64,000 nt of DNA from the sequence record OQ828465.1. One strand, given 5' to 3'. Both the position numbers and the translations under genes were made by a program. This document shows positions 18,414 through 28,222 of the stretch, piece by piece; the first letter of the stretch is position 1; each line of letters begins with the position of its first letter. The notes beneath the pieces were generated by a model. That model did not search any database. It was not told where the DNA came from and saw only the letters and a list, made by a program, of their open reading frames with translations.

Positions 18414-18776
18414 ATGGAATTAATCAGTGTCAGCTCAATGGCATTATTCTTTGGTTTAATTGTGGCACACTTCATCTTTGATTTTTCATTGCAAAATGAT
18501 TTCATTGCAAAGGCTAAAAATCATACTACTGAACTAGGTTCGCTATACTGGAAATGGGTATTACCCGCGCATAGTTTTATGCATGGCGGTGCAGTTTATT
18601 TCATCACTGGTTCATTAGTTTTAGGACTTATTGAAGCAATTGCTCATTGCATTATTGATTATTTAAAATGTGATAATAAAATTACATTTAATCAAGATCA
18701 GTGGTTACACATTGGTTTTAAACTGATGTATACTTATCTAATTGTTTACGAAGTACCTTTCGTAATGTATGGATAA
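18414..18776 (+). CDS. DUF3307-like membrane protein
   Basis: AHFIFDFSLQ, HSFMH, HCIIDYLK and DQWLH motifs set in hydrophobic helices. Confidence 0.75.
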   Translation: MELISVSSMALFFGLIVAHFIFDFSLQNDFIAKAKNHTTELGSLYWKWVLPAHSFMHGGAVYFITGSLVLGLIEAIAHCIIDYLKCDNKITFNQDQWLHIGFKLMYTYLIVYEVPFVMYG

Positions 18777-18788
18777 AGTTATATATTA

Positions 18789-18812
18789 CCCTCTCCTTCG
18801 GGAGAGGGTTTT
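18789..18812 (+). terminator. Intrinsic terminator (UUCG loop)
   Basis: CCCTCTCC-TTCG-GGAGAGGG-TTTT. Confidence 0.9.
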
Positions 18813-18917
18813 ATGTTTAATATTTTTTTTGTTAAGTTTTATTACCCAATCTGATAGGGCTATAATGGAGTTTAGTCTTGTGGAAGTTTATAAAACCCTA
18901 TTGGGAAGAGAACTACA

Positions 18918-19406
18918 ATGGTTATTACACATCAAACTGTAGACCAGATAGATACACAAGTGAGTTTAGGTTTACCTATTGGTTACTATGGTGCTAATGA
19001 TGATCTATCTACATTAATTAGGATGATTGGTGATTGGAACATCAGACCCATTGAAGAGCGTAGGACACCAGGTACAGGTTATATTGTAGCTGTCCCATCG
19101 AATACTCGTACACGAGTGATTTACACTGCTGGTCGTAAGAAATGGCTAGAAGCATTAGATTTTAGCCCCGAATTAGCTGAGAAGTATATTCGTGCTTGTA
19201 GTGCAATAAAACGATGCTGGGACCACGATGTCGCAACCTTTGTCCTGACACATAATAAAATTAGCGACGAATTACTTAAAGAATTGATGAGTGTTGAGAA
19301 TCCTAAAGCTGTACTCAATCACTATAAAATTCCTGTAAAGATTTCTAGAAATAGAATAATTGCAGCTTGTCAAATAATCTTCAATATTCGTGGACTAAAA
19401 GTCTAA
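18918..19406 (+). CDS. Hypothetical protein
   Basis: 162-aa ORF. Confidence 0.75.
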   Translation: MVITHQTVDQIDTQVSLGLPIGYYGANDDLSTLIRMIGDWNIRPIEERRTPGTGYIVAVPSNTRTRVIYTAGRKKWLEALDFSPELAEKYIRACSAIKRCWDHDVATFVLTHNKISDELLKELMSVENPKAVLNHYKIPVKISRNRIIAACQIIFNIRGLKV

Positions 19407-19417
19407 TACTTTTATAG

Positions 19418-19445
19418 GAGAGAACCGCCATGGTTCTCTCTTTTT
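19418..19445 (+). terminator. Intrinsic terminator
   Basis: GAGAGAACC-GCCAT-GGTTCTCTC-TTTTT. Confidence 0.85.
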
Positions 19446-19496
19446 GACGTAAGTGCATTATTGTTATGATAAGACTTTCGTATAAGGAAAACTACT

Positions 19497-19928
19497 ATGT
19501 TACTTTTTGTTGATACAGAATTTGATACGCCTACTGGTACTCTTATTTCACTCGGTATTGTTAGTGAAGATCGACGTTGTGAATTCTACGAAGTTCTACC
19601 ATATGACAATATTGAAGATGAATGGGTTAAAGAAAACGTTATTCCTATTCTTCAAAAAGAACCAATCTCTTTAGAAGAATTCCATGATAGACTAGCCAAG
19701 TTTCTTGGTCAGTTTGCTCGATTACATTTTATAGCTAATCATGTTAACGATATGGTTTACACTGGTAAAGCTATGGATATGGGTAAAGGTAAACAAGTTG
19801 TTGAGTTACCAACTATATTTGAATTAAATCATGAGCTAAGTGGAAAAGGTTCTAAAATGCTTCACAACGCACTATTTGATGCTCGTGCAACCCTAGATGA
19901 CTGGGAGCGTTTAAATGGTGTGAACTAA
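19497..19928 (+). CDS. DEDDh 3-prime-5-prime exonuclease (Rv2179c-like exoribonuclease family)
   Basis: LFVDTEF (ExoI motif) and HNALFDA (ExoIII motif). Confidence 0.8.
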   Translation: MLLFVDTEFDTPTGTLISLGIVSEDRRCEFYEVLPYDNIEDEWVKENVIPILQKEPISLEEFHDRLAKFLGQFARLHFIANHVNDMVYTGKAMDMGKGKQVVELPTIFELNHELSGKGSKMLHNALFDARATLDDWERLNGVN

Positions 19929-19947
19929 CCTTTTTGGGATAGCCATC

Positions 19948-20607
19948 ATGACTAATACCTTTGAGAAGATGTCAGGCGACAAAGATAGAAAAAGTCGTCC
20001 AGAAATCGTACTGCGTTTGCTGATCGCAACCAGTTTTCCTCAATCCGTTTTAGCCGATTTGACTTTTGATATTACTAAGCAAGTTGGTATTACTGATAAC
20101 GATGAATTAGAGAAGATTGCTAATGACATGCGTGATGTTGAACGTAAGTTTGATATGACTGATTTCATTAGATGTATTGATCTACGTCGTAATGGTAATG
20201 ACGTAAATATAACTGTTAATTGTTGGGATTTTGATCCACGTGCTAAAACCATCGAGGATCGTGCGGAGAACCATGAATTCCTGGCAAACAGTAATATTAC
20301 CTTACATTCACCAGAAACAGATTTTAATGATCCACGTGAACTAGCTAGTAAATTAGTTGGACTATTTTTTCGTAGCAAGATAGGTCAAAAGCCGTCAGCT
20401 AGTAATTTTACTAAGGGATGGAAAATTCTTAGTAAACCAATTAGTAAATCTAAAAATACAGGTGATATAGAATCAATCGATCTAGTTGATGCTATTGAAC
20501 TAGTAGCTCAGAGTCTAGCTAAGCGTAGATTTAACATTAAAATTACCACAAGTGCTATTTTATTACTTGATCAGAAAAGACGGTTATTTAATATAACGCG
20601 TGGTTAA
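19948..20607 (+). CDS. Hypothetical protein
   Basis: 219-aa ORF. Confidence 0.75.
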   Translation: MTNTFEKMSGDKDRKSRPEIVLRLLIATSFPQSVLADLTFDITKQVGITDNDELEKIANDMRDVERKFDMTDFIRCIDLRRNGNDVNITVNCWDFDPRAKTIEDRAENHEFLANSNITLHSPETDFNDPRELASKLVGLFFRSKIGQKPSASNFTKGWKILSKPISKSKNTGDIESIDLVDAIELVAQSLAKRRFNIKITTSAILLLDQKRRLFNITRG

Positions 20608-20612
20608 AACAA

Positions 20613-20645
20613 CATAATGCCCTCCCATTGTGGGAGGGCTTATGC
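20613..20645. terminator. Bidirectional terminator between convergent genes
   Basis: CATAAT-GCCCTCCC-ATTGT-GGGAGGGC-TTATG. Confidence 0.85.
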
Positions 20646-20647
20646 CG

Positions 20648-22597
20648 TTAAACTTTTACAAGTTTATCATTTTCTATTTTCCAATTAGCATGGAAAGAAA
20701 TTGGTTGACCAGTGGTCTCATCAAGAATGTCACCAGTCTTTAACCTATTTTTAATAGCTCGATTATTTCCAAAGAATGGAACTAGTTTAGCTACTGTTAC
20801 ATCAGCTAATCCTGGATCTTTCATTACATACCAGCCAGGCGTTGAAGCCAGTTCATCATACTGGACAACTTTAGAAGTATCTGCAAAGATAACAATATCA
20901 CCATGTCGTCCGTTCTGGACACGTTGTGATAGTTTACCCCATGTGGAGTTATTATCATAAACATATACATTAGCTGTATTCAATGTCTCACCAAGGAATG
21001 TACGACGTAATGCAGTCAATACTATTGGTTTTATATTAATGTTATTCTTATATGCATTCGCTACACGATACATATACTTGGTCATGCTAAGATTAATATA
21101 TTCATAAATTTTAGCTTTACTTATCCCTTTATAATCATCCCATGCCATTGTACCTATAAGGGATGCTTCATTATAAAGAGAAGCAGGTTTTGAACTAAGT
21201 ACCACTTGATGATGCATTGTGTAAGTATAAGGTACACGTACGTTAATACGTATCTGATCATTATCATGGATTAAAAGAGTTGATCCATGAGTTATCAGAT
21301 CCCACTGAGTAATGCCCTGACTAAATAAGAATGATCCAACTAAATAGCCATTTATTTGAATATCGCCTAGATAATCCTGATGGTCAGTACCATTTGAGTA
21401 ACCTAGATTAAGATCAAAATAACGCTTAGCTGTTAGTATCTGAGTAGTATCAATAGCTTGGCCATTATCACGTGCAACAAAGATACCATCATCTACACCA
21501 ACTTGGAATCTAAATGAAATAGCATACGGTTTATTAGGATTTTCAGATGTCGTACAAAGAAAATTGTAAATGTACTCGCCAGTATGATCGAAGGTAAATT
21601 CAGGAATATCTTCTTTGTTATACGCTGGGAAAGTAACAAGCTTAATCTCACTTTCACTTGAATCACCTTTGATAACAAAGTCAGTTACTTGACCATTACC
21701 AATAGATTTATTCATACCTGTAAACAAACCAGATGATGCAGCTTTTGGTGACCAGCTTAGCATCTGATTTACAGTATATTGAACATCTGACCTATCAACA
21801 ACACCAGAGAAATAAGAACCAAAATTAAAGGCTAGTCTATTAGCGGTAAATGCAAAACTACCATTATTTTCTTTAGCATCTTCAATATTAGTGTAATCTC
21901 TTGAAGCAGAATCAGTTATAACAAAGATACCATTACCCGATTTACGCCAAGTAGCTAGATTATCGATAGTCGCCTGACTCACTCTTTCAGGAGTTAATGC
22001 GCCAGTATTATGATCTTTAGTAGAAAATAGAATACATGCATAATACTTATTAAGATCTGTTAAAGTAAGGTCTACTGTGCCACCCATCATTTCTGGGTAA
22101 TAAACATCATAGGTAGAATCTTGTACACGAGCAGCCGTATCTAGTATCTTTTTAAAACCATTACCTGACGTATTGAGGACTGAATAAGGTTCACTAGGAT
22201 TACTATCTGTGATTACTAAGAATTTCTTTCCAGTTGATTCGTACTTACTACCATTCCTAATAAACCCAATAGCATTATAAAAATATCTTACCCATCCCCA
22301 TAGATCTTGAGGGTTTGTTGTATTAGCCGGAATTTGGTAAGTATCATAGTTTAAATTATAGAATTTTGGAAAACTACAATCATAAAGAACATTACCAGTG
22401 CCATCTTGCACAACAGCAATAAATGGACTACCACCTGTTGCAGGGTCACCATCATAAGCAATGTATTCAGAGAGCACCGGAGGTAACTCCGGGCTCACTG
22501 TATAATACACCTTCTGAATATCTGAACTAAAGTTAAATTTAACTTTAGAGTTTAGTGCCACAGGACCCGGCACTTGCGACGGGACAATAGAAGGCAT
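20648..22597 (-). CDS. Virion structural protein (gp201-like)
   Basis: 649-aa ORF in the minus-strand block with the helicase; assignment by synteny. Confidence 0.65.
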   Translation of the reverse strand: MPSIVPSQVPGPVALNSKVKFNFSSDIQKVYYTVSPELPPVLSEYIAYDGDPATGGSPFIAVVQDGTGNVLYDCSFPKFYNLNYDTYQIPANTTNPQDLWGWVRYFYNAIGFIRNGSKYESTGKKFLVITDSNPSEPYSVLNTSGNGFKKILDTAARVQDSTYDVYYPEMMGGTVDLTLTDLNKYYACILFSTKDHNTGALTPERVSQATIDNLATWRKSGNGIFVITDSASRDYTNIEDAKENNGSFAFTANRLAFNFGSYFSGVVDRSDVQYTVNQMLSWSPKAASSGLFTGMNKSIGNGQVTDFVIKGDSSESEIKLVTFPAYNKEDIPEFTFDHTGEYIYNFLCTTSENPNKPYAISFRFQVGVDDGIFVARDNGQAIDTTQILTAKRYFDLNLGYSNGTDHQDYLGDIQINGYLVGSFLFSQGITQWDLITHGSTLLIHDNDQIRINVRVPYTYTMHHQVVLSSKPASLYNEASLIGTMAWDDYKGISKAKIYEYINLSMTKYMYRVANAYKNNINIKPIVLTALRRTFLGETLNTANVYVYDNNSTWGKLSQRVQNGRHGDIVIFADTSKVVQYDELASTPGWYVMKDPGLADVTVAKLVPFFGNNRAIKNRLKTGDILDETTGQPISFHANWKIENDKLVKV

Positions 22598-22607
22598 TTC
22601 TCACTCC

Positions 22608-23078
22608 TTACGGGGTATACACGGGAATATCAGCCGTCTTAATAGGTGAGTCAACTCGAATATAATAAGTGATTGGTACAGACAGGCTATACCCACGGAT
22701 ATTTAAAATCCCTGTAGATGAATCGAGATCCCAACCAATACTAGCAGAAGCGCTAATAAGCTTGCCACTAGTAGGACTAGTAGTTTCAGGGTCGATAATC
22801 TTGAGATCAACGATGGCTGTAGCCAGAGTATAATCACCCATAGAAGTAATAACTTTGGAAAGATCATAAGTAACTACATCTCCTGGGTTTAATGTACCAG
22901 TTTGAAATAGAATTGGTTTTAAACCAGTACTAGGACCTGGACCAGGGCCACCACCAGATTCTAGGATGGTTGTTACTTTGTCAACCCACCTTAAAATCGC
23001 ATTATACATTTCTTCACTGGTGGCTTCAGGCCCAAGAATAAGATCTTCACCAGTATTAGATGAATGTGGATCAGACAT
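22608..23078 (-). CDS. Probable virion structural protein (gp202-like)
   Basis: 156-aa ORF with a GGGPGPGP linker and AGGAG SD. Confidence 0.65.
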   Translation of the reverse strand: MSDPHSSNTGEDLILGPEATSEEMYNAILRWVDKVTTILESGGGPGPGPSTGLKPILFQTGTLNPGDVVTYDLSKVITSMGDYTLATAIVDLKIIDPETTSPTSGKLISASASIGWDLDSSTGILNIRGYSLSVPITYYIRVDSPIKTADIPVYTP

Positions 23079-23089
23079 TTCTGTCTCCT

Positions 23090-25201
23090 TTAAAACCGCA
23101 TATATGCGGGCTGATATGGTTTATACATACGTGTATCAAAGTCATTAAAATCAATTGCGATATCATACTTCTCAAATGATTCTTTTAGCATCTGATAAAT
23201 GATTTTATTTTCATCAAAATTATTATTTTTATCAACATAACTTTCTAATGACTCTGTGATCTCAAATGGAGATTTAATACCCATAATAGCTTCAACCATC
23301 GCCTGACTCCATTTTAGAATGTCATCTGACCTTGTTGAGATATTCGGTTCATCTTCTGTATCGAGAGTACATTGATATACGACTGTTTGTGAATCCTGAC
23401 CTTTACGGTAAATTCGAGCAATAGCTTGTTCTAGAATGTAATGCCTAAACGGTGAATTAATTGTCACCATAGTATCAGCCATCGTCATACGGACCGCTGT
23501 TGAAAGGGAAGCATATGTAGCTACCAATGGATTTAATTTAGGGTCTTTCTCAAATCTACTGATTATTTGAGGTAAATTGTCATTGGTTTTACCATACACC
23601 ACCGCCGGATGCATACCTAATTTATTGGTGTACTTATCAACAGTATCAACAACCTCAACAAACGATGTAAATGCAATCGTTTTCTTCATAGTTGATTCAG
23701 TGATACCAACCCAGTCAATATACGGTACCATGTCCACATGGCACTGAATGCGTTTAGCACCTAAAACCCTTCCCAAACATTCACCTTGTATCTTTAGCAT
23801 AACGTATTTTATAACTGATTTAATATCTCTAAAAGCAGCTATTTCATTACGAGGTAAAGTTGGCTCTATAAACATTTTTTCATATTGGTTAGATTCTTTA
23901 ATTTCTTCACCAATGTATCGCGGGTCTTGATTCTTCTGAATTATTTTAATCAAATTCTTATAGCGAGCGAAACCATCTTTCTGCGCCTGGGTCTTAAGAG
24001 AGTTCTCGTGTATCGCCATTAGTTTAGCCCAATACTTCTCATCTTCTGGTCGGCGCGCAGCATAGAACTTTACACGTTCTCTAATAAAAGCTTCACAATC
24101 ACGTTTAATGGCATTAAGAGTATACTGTGATCCATTTGGTATCTTGATACGATACGCTTTTATCCTCGGTGGTAAAACCTCAGTATCTTTCTTTTCAATG
24201 ACGTACGCAATTAACCCAAAGCGATGTTGGACAATATCTAATCCTTTCTGTGTCTCTTTTCCAAATGCTTTCTTAAAACGTTCTTCAACCTCATTGGTGA
24301 AGAGATCGTCTAATACTCTTAATGCACTTACTAATTCAGAACCAAGTGCTTTAACAGGGGTACCTGACGCTAATAATCTGTTATTAGAGTTAGACATAAA
24401 ACATATTTGCTGGAACTTAAGAGATTGTGCAGAATTAGGATCGTTCATATTGTGTGATTCATCCAGAATCACCGTAATGTTCTTACCTTTGAATATACCG
24501 CTTCTTAATAGATCAATTATTTTATCTTGCGCCTGGTAATGGGATATAAGTATTCTTTGACCGTTGTAGGCTTTATCATCAATGGTCGACCATACTTTTT
24601 GTCTTTCCTTATACATCTCAATAATAGATGGCTTCCATATTAGATCAATAGACTTCTTTTCACAAACAACTATAATGATATCCGACTCAACCATTTCAGC
24701 AATAGCCATCGTCATGAATGTCTTACCAGTACCAGGTTTACCTGCAACAATATCACCACGTAAACCATACTGGTCAATTCGATAATTATAATTTTCAAAA
24801 TAAGCTTTTTGAGACTCATCTGGTGTAAATGTCAATTTGTCTAACATCTTGAAATTGAGTCTACCTGGTACAGAGTTGGTATCTACAGGACGAGTATTTT
24901 TTAACCAGGTATATTGAAGCATTGCTTCACGGATGGCATTAACAGTTTTAATAGAGATGTATCTACTTCTATAATTCTTTACTGCTTCTAGCATGTAATA
25001 TATTTCAGGAGCAAAGAATTTATAAAATGAAATACTACGACGACTAACCGTGTTAAATAACTGCGTAGCTAATTTAGTGGTTCGCCAATACTTGTTAATA
25101 TCTCTAATGAATGCAGCACCATCAAAACCACTGATGATAATTTCTTGATCAGTTTCAGTAATTGATAGCGAGCCCATTAGCTTCCTAAATGAGTCTATCA
25201 T
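23090..25201 (-). CDS. SF2 (SNF2/DEAD-like) helicase (gp203-like)
   Basis: Walker A GKPGTGKT, DESH, SGTP motif III and QAIARIYRKGQ motif VI. Confidence 0.9.
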   Translation of the reverse strand: MIDSFRKLMGSLSITETDQEIIISGFDGAAFIRDINKYWRTTKLATQLFNTVSRRSISFYKFFAPEIYYMLEAVKNYRSRYISIKTVNAIREAMLQYTWLKNTRPVDTNSVPGRLNFKMLDKLTFTPDESQKAYFENYNYRIDQYGLRGDIVAGKPGTGKTFMTMAIAEMVESDIIIVVCEKKSIDLIWKPSIIEMYKERQKVWSTIDDKAYNGQRILISHYQAQDKIIDLLRSGIFKGKNITVILDESHNMNDPNSAQSLKFQQICFMSNSNNRLLASGTPVKALGSELVSALRVLDDLFTNEVEERFKKAFGKETQKGLDIVQHRFGLIAYVIEKKDTEVLPPRIKAYRIKIPNGSQYTLNAIKRDCEAFIRERVKFYAARRPEDEKYWAKLMAIHENSLKTQAQKDGFARYKNLIKIIQKNQDPRYIGEEIKESNQYEKMFIEPTLPRNEIAAFRDIKSVIKYVMLKIQGECLGRVLGAKRIQCHVDMVPYIDWVGITESTMKKTIAFTSFVEVVDTVDKYTNKLGMHPAVVYGKTNDNLPQIISRFEKDPKLNPLVATYASLSTAVRMTMADTMVTINSPFRHYILEQAIARIYRKGQDSQTVVYQCTLDTEDEPNISTRSDDILKWSQAMVEAIMGIKSPFEITESLESYVDKNNNFDENKIIYQMLKESFEKYDIAIDFNDFDTRMYKPYQPAYMRF

Positions 25202-25223
25202 TGCATTTTTCCTTAAGGGGTAT

Positions 25224-25470
25224 GTAAATATAACTCTAAGTCATAAGATTAGCTAACGAATAAAAATACGCACAGTGCAATGATATAGAGCAAGGCAGTT
25301 TGCGTAAAACGCACTGCACTTTAAGGGGGTGATCCAGTCGTAAATAAACCGGGGTACTAAAGTATCGTCAGGAACGACACGAACCCCAACTACGGTGCCT
25401 TGCTACTCACCGACCTCTAGATAGGGGTCGGACCTATTACATTAAAGGAGCCCACCAGGGGCTCCTTTAT
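25224..25470 (+). ncRNA. Candidate structured non-coding RNA (ends approximate)
   Basis: ORF-free GC-rich interval with multiple stems (25289-25297/25396-25404; 25410-25431), its own terminator and an upstream TATG at 25221. Confidence 0.55.
25444..25470 (+). terminator. Intrinsic terminator closing the ncRNA candidate
   Basis: AAAGGAGCCC-ACCAG-GGGCTCCTTT. Confidence 0.85.
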
Positions 25471-25497
25471 GCCATTCATTATAAATTAATTTAAATC

Positions 25498-25505
25498 TAT
25501 ATTAC
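25498..25505 (+). promoter_or_regulatory. phiKZ-type early promoter
   Basis: TATATTAC after a terminator. Confidence 0.8.
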
Positions 25506-25551
25506 AGGATTACCATAAAGATATTTATCCTTTTATAATGAGGAAAAGATT

Positions 25552-25947
25552 ATGTCCGATATTAATAGCACCAATGTAACAGATGAATTAGTACCTTATT
25601 TTCCATCGGCGGATGCCATTACTAGTTCTACTATTAGGGATGAAGTAATTCCTAATATTTTGTTATTCTACAAGAATGCTTTTAGTGACTTCCAACACGT
25701 TAGTAATATCACAGGTACTAACCAGATTGCATCAGGTTATTTACCAGGTGTAGGTTATTATTTCGAGTATAGTGTTACCGGTAATGCTAATCTTATTCCA
25801 CCTGAAGCAATTAAAGTATTACGTAATGTAATCACTAAAAATGGATATAAAGATGACATTACCATCACACCAAAAGGTTTTGGCCTAATCAATTGGTTCA
25901 TTGTAAGAGTATACGTAGATGAGCAAATTAAGAAGACTACTCAATAA
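25552..25947 (+). CDS. Hypothetical early protein
   Basis: 131-aa ORF with GAGG SD. Confidence 0.8.
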   Translation: MSDINSTNVTDELVPYFPSADAITSSTIRDEVIPNILLFYKNAFSDFQHVSNITGTNQIASGYLPGVGYYFEYSVTGNANLIPPEAIKVLRNVITKNGYKDDITITPKGFGLINWFIVRVYVDEQIKKTTQ

Positions 25948-26095
25948 AGAATTAGAAAAAGAGTTAGTTAAAAAACTAGATTTTCTAGAACGTGATTTTA
26001 GAGCTATAAAAGAAGTTATCAAAACTGGAAAATATCCTGATCCTGTTAATCCGAATCGCAGACAAAGTGATTATGATTTATCTTTTAATAATTAA
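25919..26095 (+). CDS. Small hypothetical protein, 58 aa (MSKLRRLLNKELEKEL...), absent from the ORF track
   Basis: Translated by hand; fills the gap between neighbouring genes. Confidence 0.55.
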   Translation: MSKLRRLLNKELEKELVKKLDFLERDFRAIKEVIKTGKYPDPVNPNRRQSDYDLSFNN

Positions 26096-26111
26096 CCTAT
26101 AAGAGGATGCT

Positions 26112-26513
26112 ATGGAAATCACATTTCCATCTGTAAAAGAAGTAATGACAACTGATCCAGCATTTATTGATTTGGTTCTGAAAAGTAAATTACTTACTAT
26201 CCGTAAAGCAATGATTGATGTTATTCGAAACATTGAGAATACATCACTAGCATCTAGTAGGCTTGTTAAACAGAAAAGCTATCCATATCAAACTACTTTC
26301 GAACTTGTATTTAACCCAAAGGTTTTTAAATGGTTTGATAAAACAGATGCTATCAATATTAAAAATATTCTTCATGCTGAAGTAGTTAACCAGGATTGGG
26401 AGAGTATTGATATTTCTTATAATGGTAGGGATATACATGGTTTTGAAAAAGTGACTATTGTATTAACTCCTATGAAAGATGAAGCTATTAAATATGATCT
26501 TTCAAAAGCATGA
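26112..26513 (+). CDS. Hypothetical protein
   Basis: 133-aa ORF with GAGGA SD. Confidence 0.8.
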   Translation: MEITFPSVKEVMTTDPAFIDLVLKSKLLTIRKAMIDVIRNIENTSLASSRLVKQKSYPYQTTFELVFNPKVFKWFDKTDAINIKNILHAEVVNQDWESIDISYNGRDIHGFEKVTIVLTPMKDEAIKYDLSKA

Positions 26514-26529
26514 ATTAAGATAACATATA

Positions 26530-26557
26530 CCCTCCCCTTTATTGGGGAGGGATTATT
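26530..26557 (+). terminator. Intrinsic terminator
   Basis: CCCTCCCC-TTTATT-GGGGAGGG. Confidence 0.75.
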
Positions 26558-26755
26558 TACTCATATGTTTAATAGAATAAGGACTCTACCTTGGAATAAT
26601 GCTAATGCTCTTCACCAGAGAAAAGAGATATATAGATAGACGTATTACACATTATCAGGTTGAGTAGTAAATTAAAACAACCAATAATACGTTATTCAAT
26701 ATTGAAATAGTTGTTATAAAACATTTATATTAATCTAATACAGGAAATAAAGAAA

Positions 26756-27466
26756 ATGGGTGATTATGTATATTTAGAAACTCAAGCTAAAGTAAATAAT
26801 GAATGGATTGGTATCGAAGATATTGAACTAACACAGAATTATGATCTTTATGCATATCTACTTGATATTCGCAATTATTGGGATGTAAAACCATTTGCTT
26901 ACCATAATGGTGTTCCTGATGATCTGAAAAAGAAACCAGAATGGTGGAGTAGTTATGATGATGATCCACGCTGTGATGCATGGATTAGTGGTGAAGCTAT
27001 TCTAAAAGGTATGAGTGAGCTTAAACCAGTTACTAAAACAGTATATATGAGTCTATATACTTATATGTCCTGGGATCGTATGTCAGAACCAGATTGCTAT
27101 TCACGGTATAGCCCACGTCTTGTAACAGATGAACCAAAAATTAATAAAATCTCTCAAAAACAATTACAGTATTATAAGAATTTAACTGAAAGTTTTTATT
27201 CTCTAAACCTTAAAGCTAATTATGATTGGAAGGTTATCGACGGTCGGTTACAACGAGTCGGGCCTAAATGTGGTAAGAATCACCTACGTAATCTACGTCG
27301 AGTATCGCGTTATCTATCTTTCTGCAATGTTCCTAATGAACCTATCAAAGTAACTTATACACTCACGGCTGATCAACAGCGAAAAGAATTTAAACCTTTT
27401 ATTTATCAAGTCCGAAATGCCGTTCTTAAGTACGGTGATATCCGTCTTCTAATGAGGGTTAGATAA
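26756..27466 (+). CDS. Hypothetical phage protein
   Basis: 236-aa ORF with AGGA SD. Confidence 0.8.
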   Translation: MGDYVYLETQAKVNNEWIGIEDIELTQNYDLYAYLLDIRNYWDVKPFAYHNGVPDDLKKKPEWWSSYDDDPRCDAWISGEAILKGMSELKPVTKTVYMSLYTYMSWDRMSEPDCYSRYSPRLVTDEPKINKISQKQLQYYKNLTESFYSLNLKANYDWKVIDGRLQRVGPKCGKNHLRNLRRVSRYLSFCNVPNEPIKVTYTLTADQQRKEFKPFIYQVRNAVLKYGDIRLLMRVR

Positions 27467-28119
27467 TGGCAATGACAGCTATTGTCGGTAGTCGCTATGC
27501 CCCTACATGGGCCCTAGAATTGATGATACGCGCAGGAAGAACATTTGTTGATCTAGGTATAGGTATTTCATCAGGCGATGCATATGGATCAGATAGAGCT
27601 GGTTGGTATGGTGCAATTCAGTCTGATAAATGGGATACAGTAGAAAGTCGTATTTACATTATTCGAAATGGATTTCTTGGAAGACGAATTGAGAATCTAG
27701 CGTGGTTTCATGATGCCTCCGTATATACTGATACCATTCCCACAGCTATGGCAATGGCCTGTGCAGCTCGGGGAAGTTTCAATGGTTTAGGTAGAACAGG
27801 TATTGAACTACATACTCGTAATGTATTTCAAATTCATGGCCATACTTTACGTGAACCTGTTTCAACTATTATTGCATACGGTGAACAAAAGACACCAACC
27901 TCTGTAATTAGTGGTGGTACTAATACAGCGTGGCAGTTGGCATTAGATGCAAATGTGCCAACTATGTATAACCTATACTGGTCCGATGATGTAAAGAGAC
28001 TAGAAGAATGGTTAAATAAAAATGAATCTGATGAGCCATATATGCCAATTGATTGGTCTGAAATCTTAGATCCTAGAGATAGCCGTCTACCTGAATTGAT
28101 GGATGAATATAATAATTAA
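27466..28119 (+). CDS. SLOG-superfamily (DprA/Smf-like Rossmann fold) protein
   Basis: AIVGSR, SSGDAYGSD, RNVFQIHG and SGGTNTAWQLA motifs. Confidence 0.75.
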   Translation: MAMTAIVGSRYAPTWALELMIRAGRTFVDLGIGISSGDAYGSDRAGWYGAIQSDKWDTVESRIYIIRNGFLGRRIENLAWFHDASVYTDTIPTAMAMACAARGSFNGLGRTGIELHTRNVFQIHGHTLREPVSTIIAYGEQKTPTSVISGGTNTAWQLALDANVPTMYNLYWSDDVKRLEEWLNKNESDEPYMPIDWSEILDPRDSRLPELMDEYNN

Positions 28120-28152
28120 TTTTCTCAAATGAATTAGTTATAATAGCCAAAA

Positions 28153-28180
28153 TAAACCCTCCTCTTAGTAGGAGGGTTTA
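28153..28180 (+). terminator. Intrinsic terminator
   Basis: TAAACCCTCCT-CTTAGT-AGGAGGGTTTA. Confidence 0.8.
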
Positions 28181-28222
28181 TATCGTCTCAAATTAGATTA
28201 TCAATTAGAAAAGGAACATCAA

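Noticed and set aside
25340-25380. Hammerhead-like CUGACGA on the minus strand of the ncRNA candidate
   Set aside because: It is followed by a short stem but there is no GAAA core, and G-U pairs favour the plus strand
25447-25465. CCCACCA-GGGGCT resembling joined tRNA/tmRNA 3-prime and 5-prime ends
   Set aside because: Fully explained as the stem and loop of the terminator; no T-arm or D-arm
26565-26639. 24-codon ORF MFNRIRTLPWNNANALHQRKEIYR in an intergenic gap
   Set aside because: No SD, very short, and no supporting features
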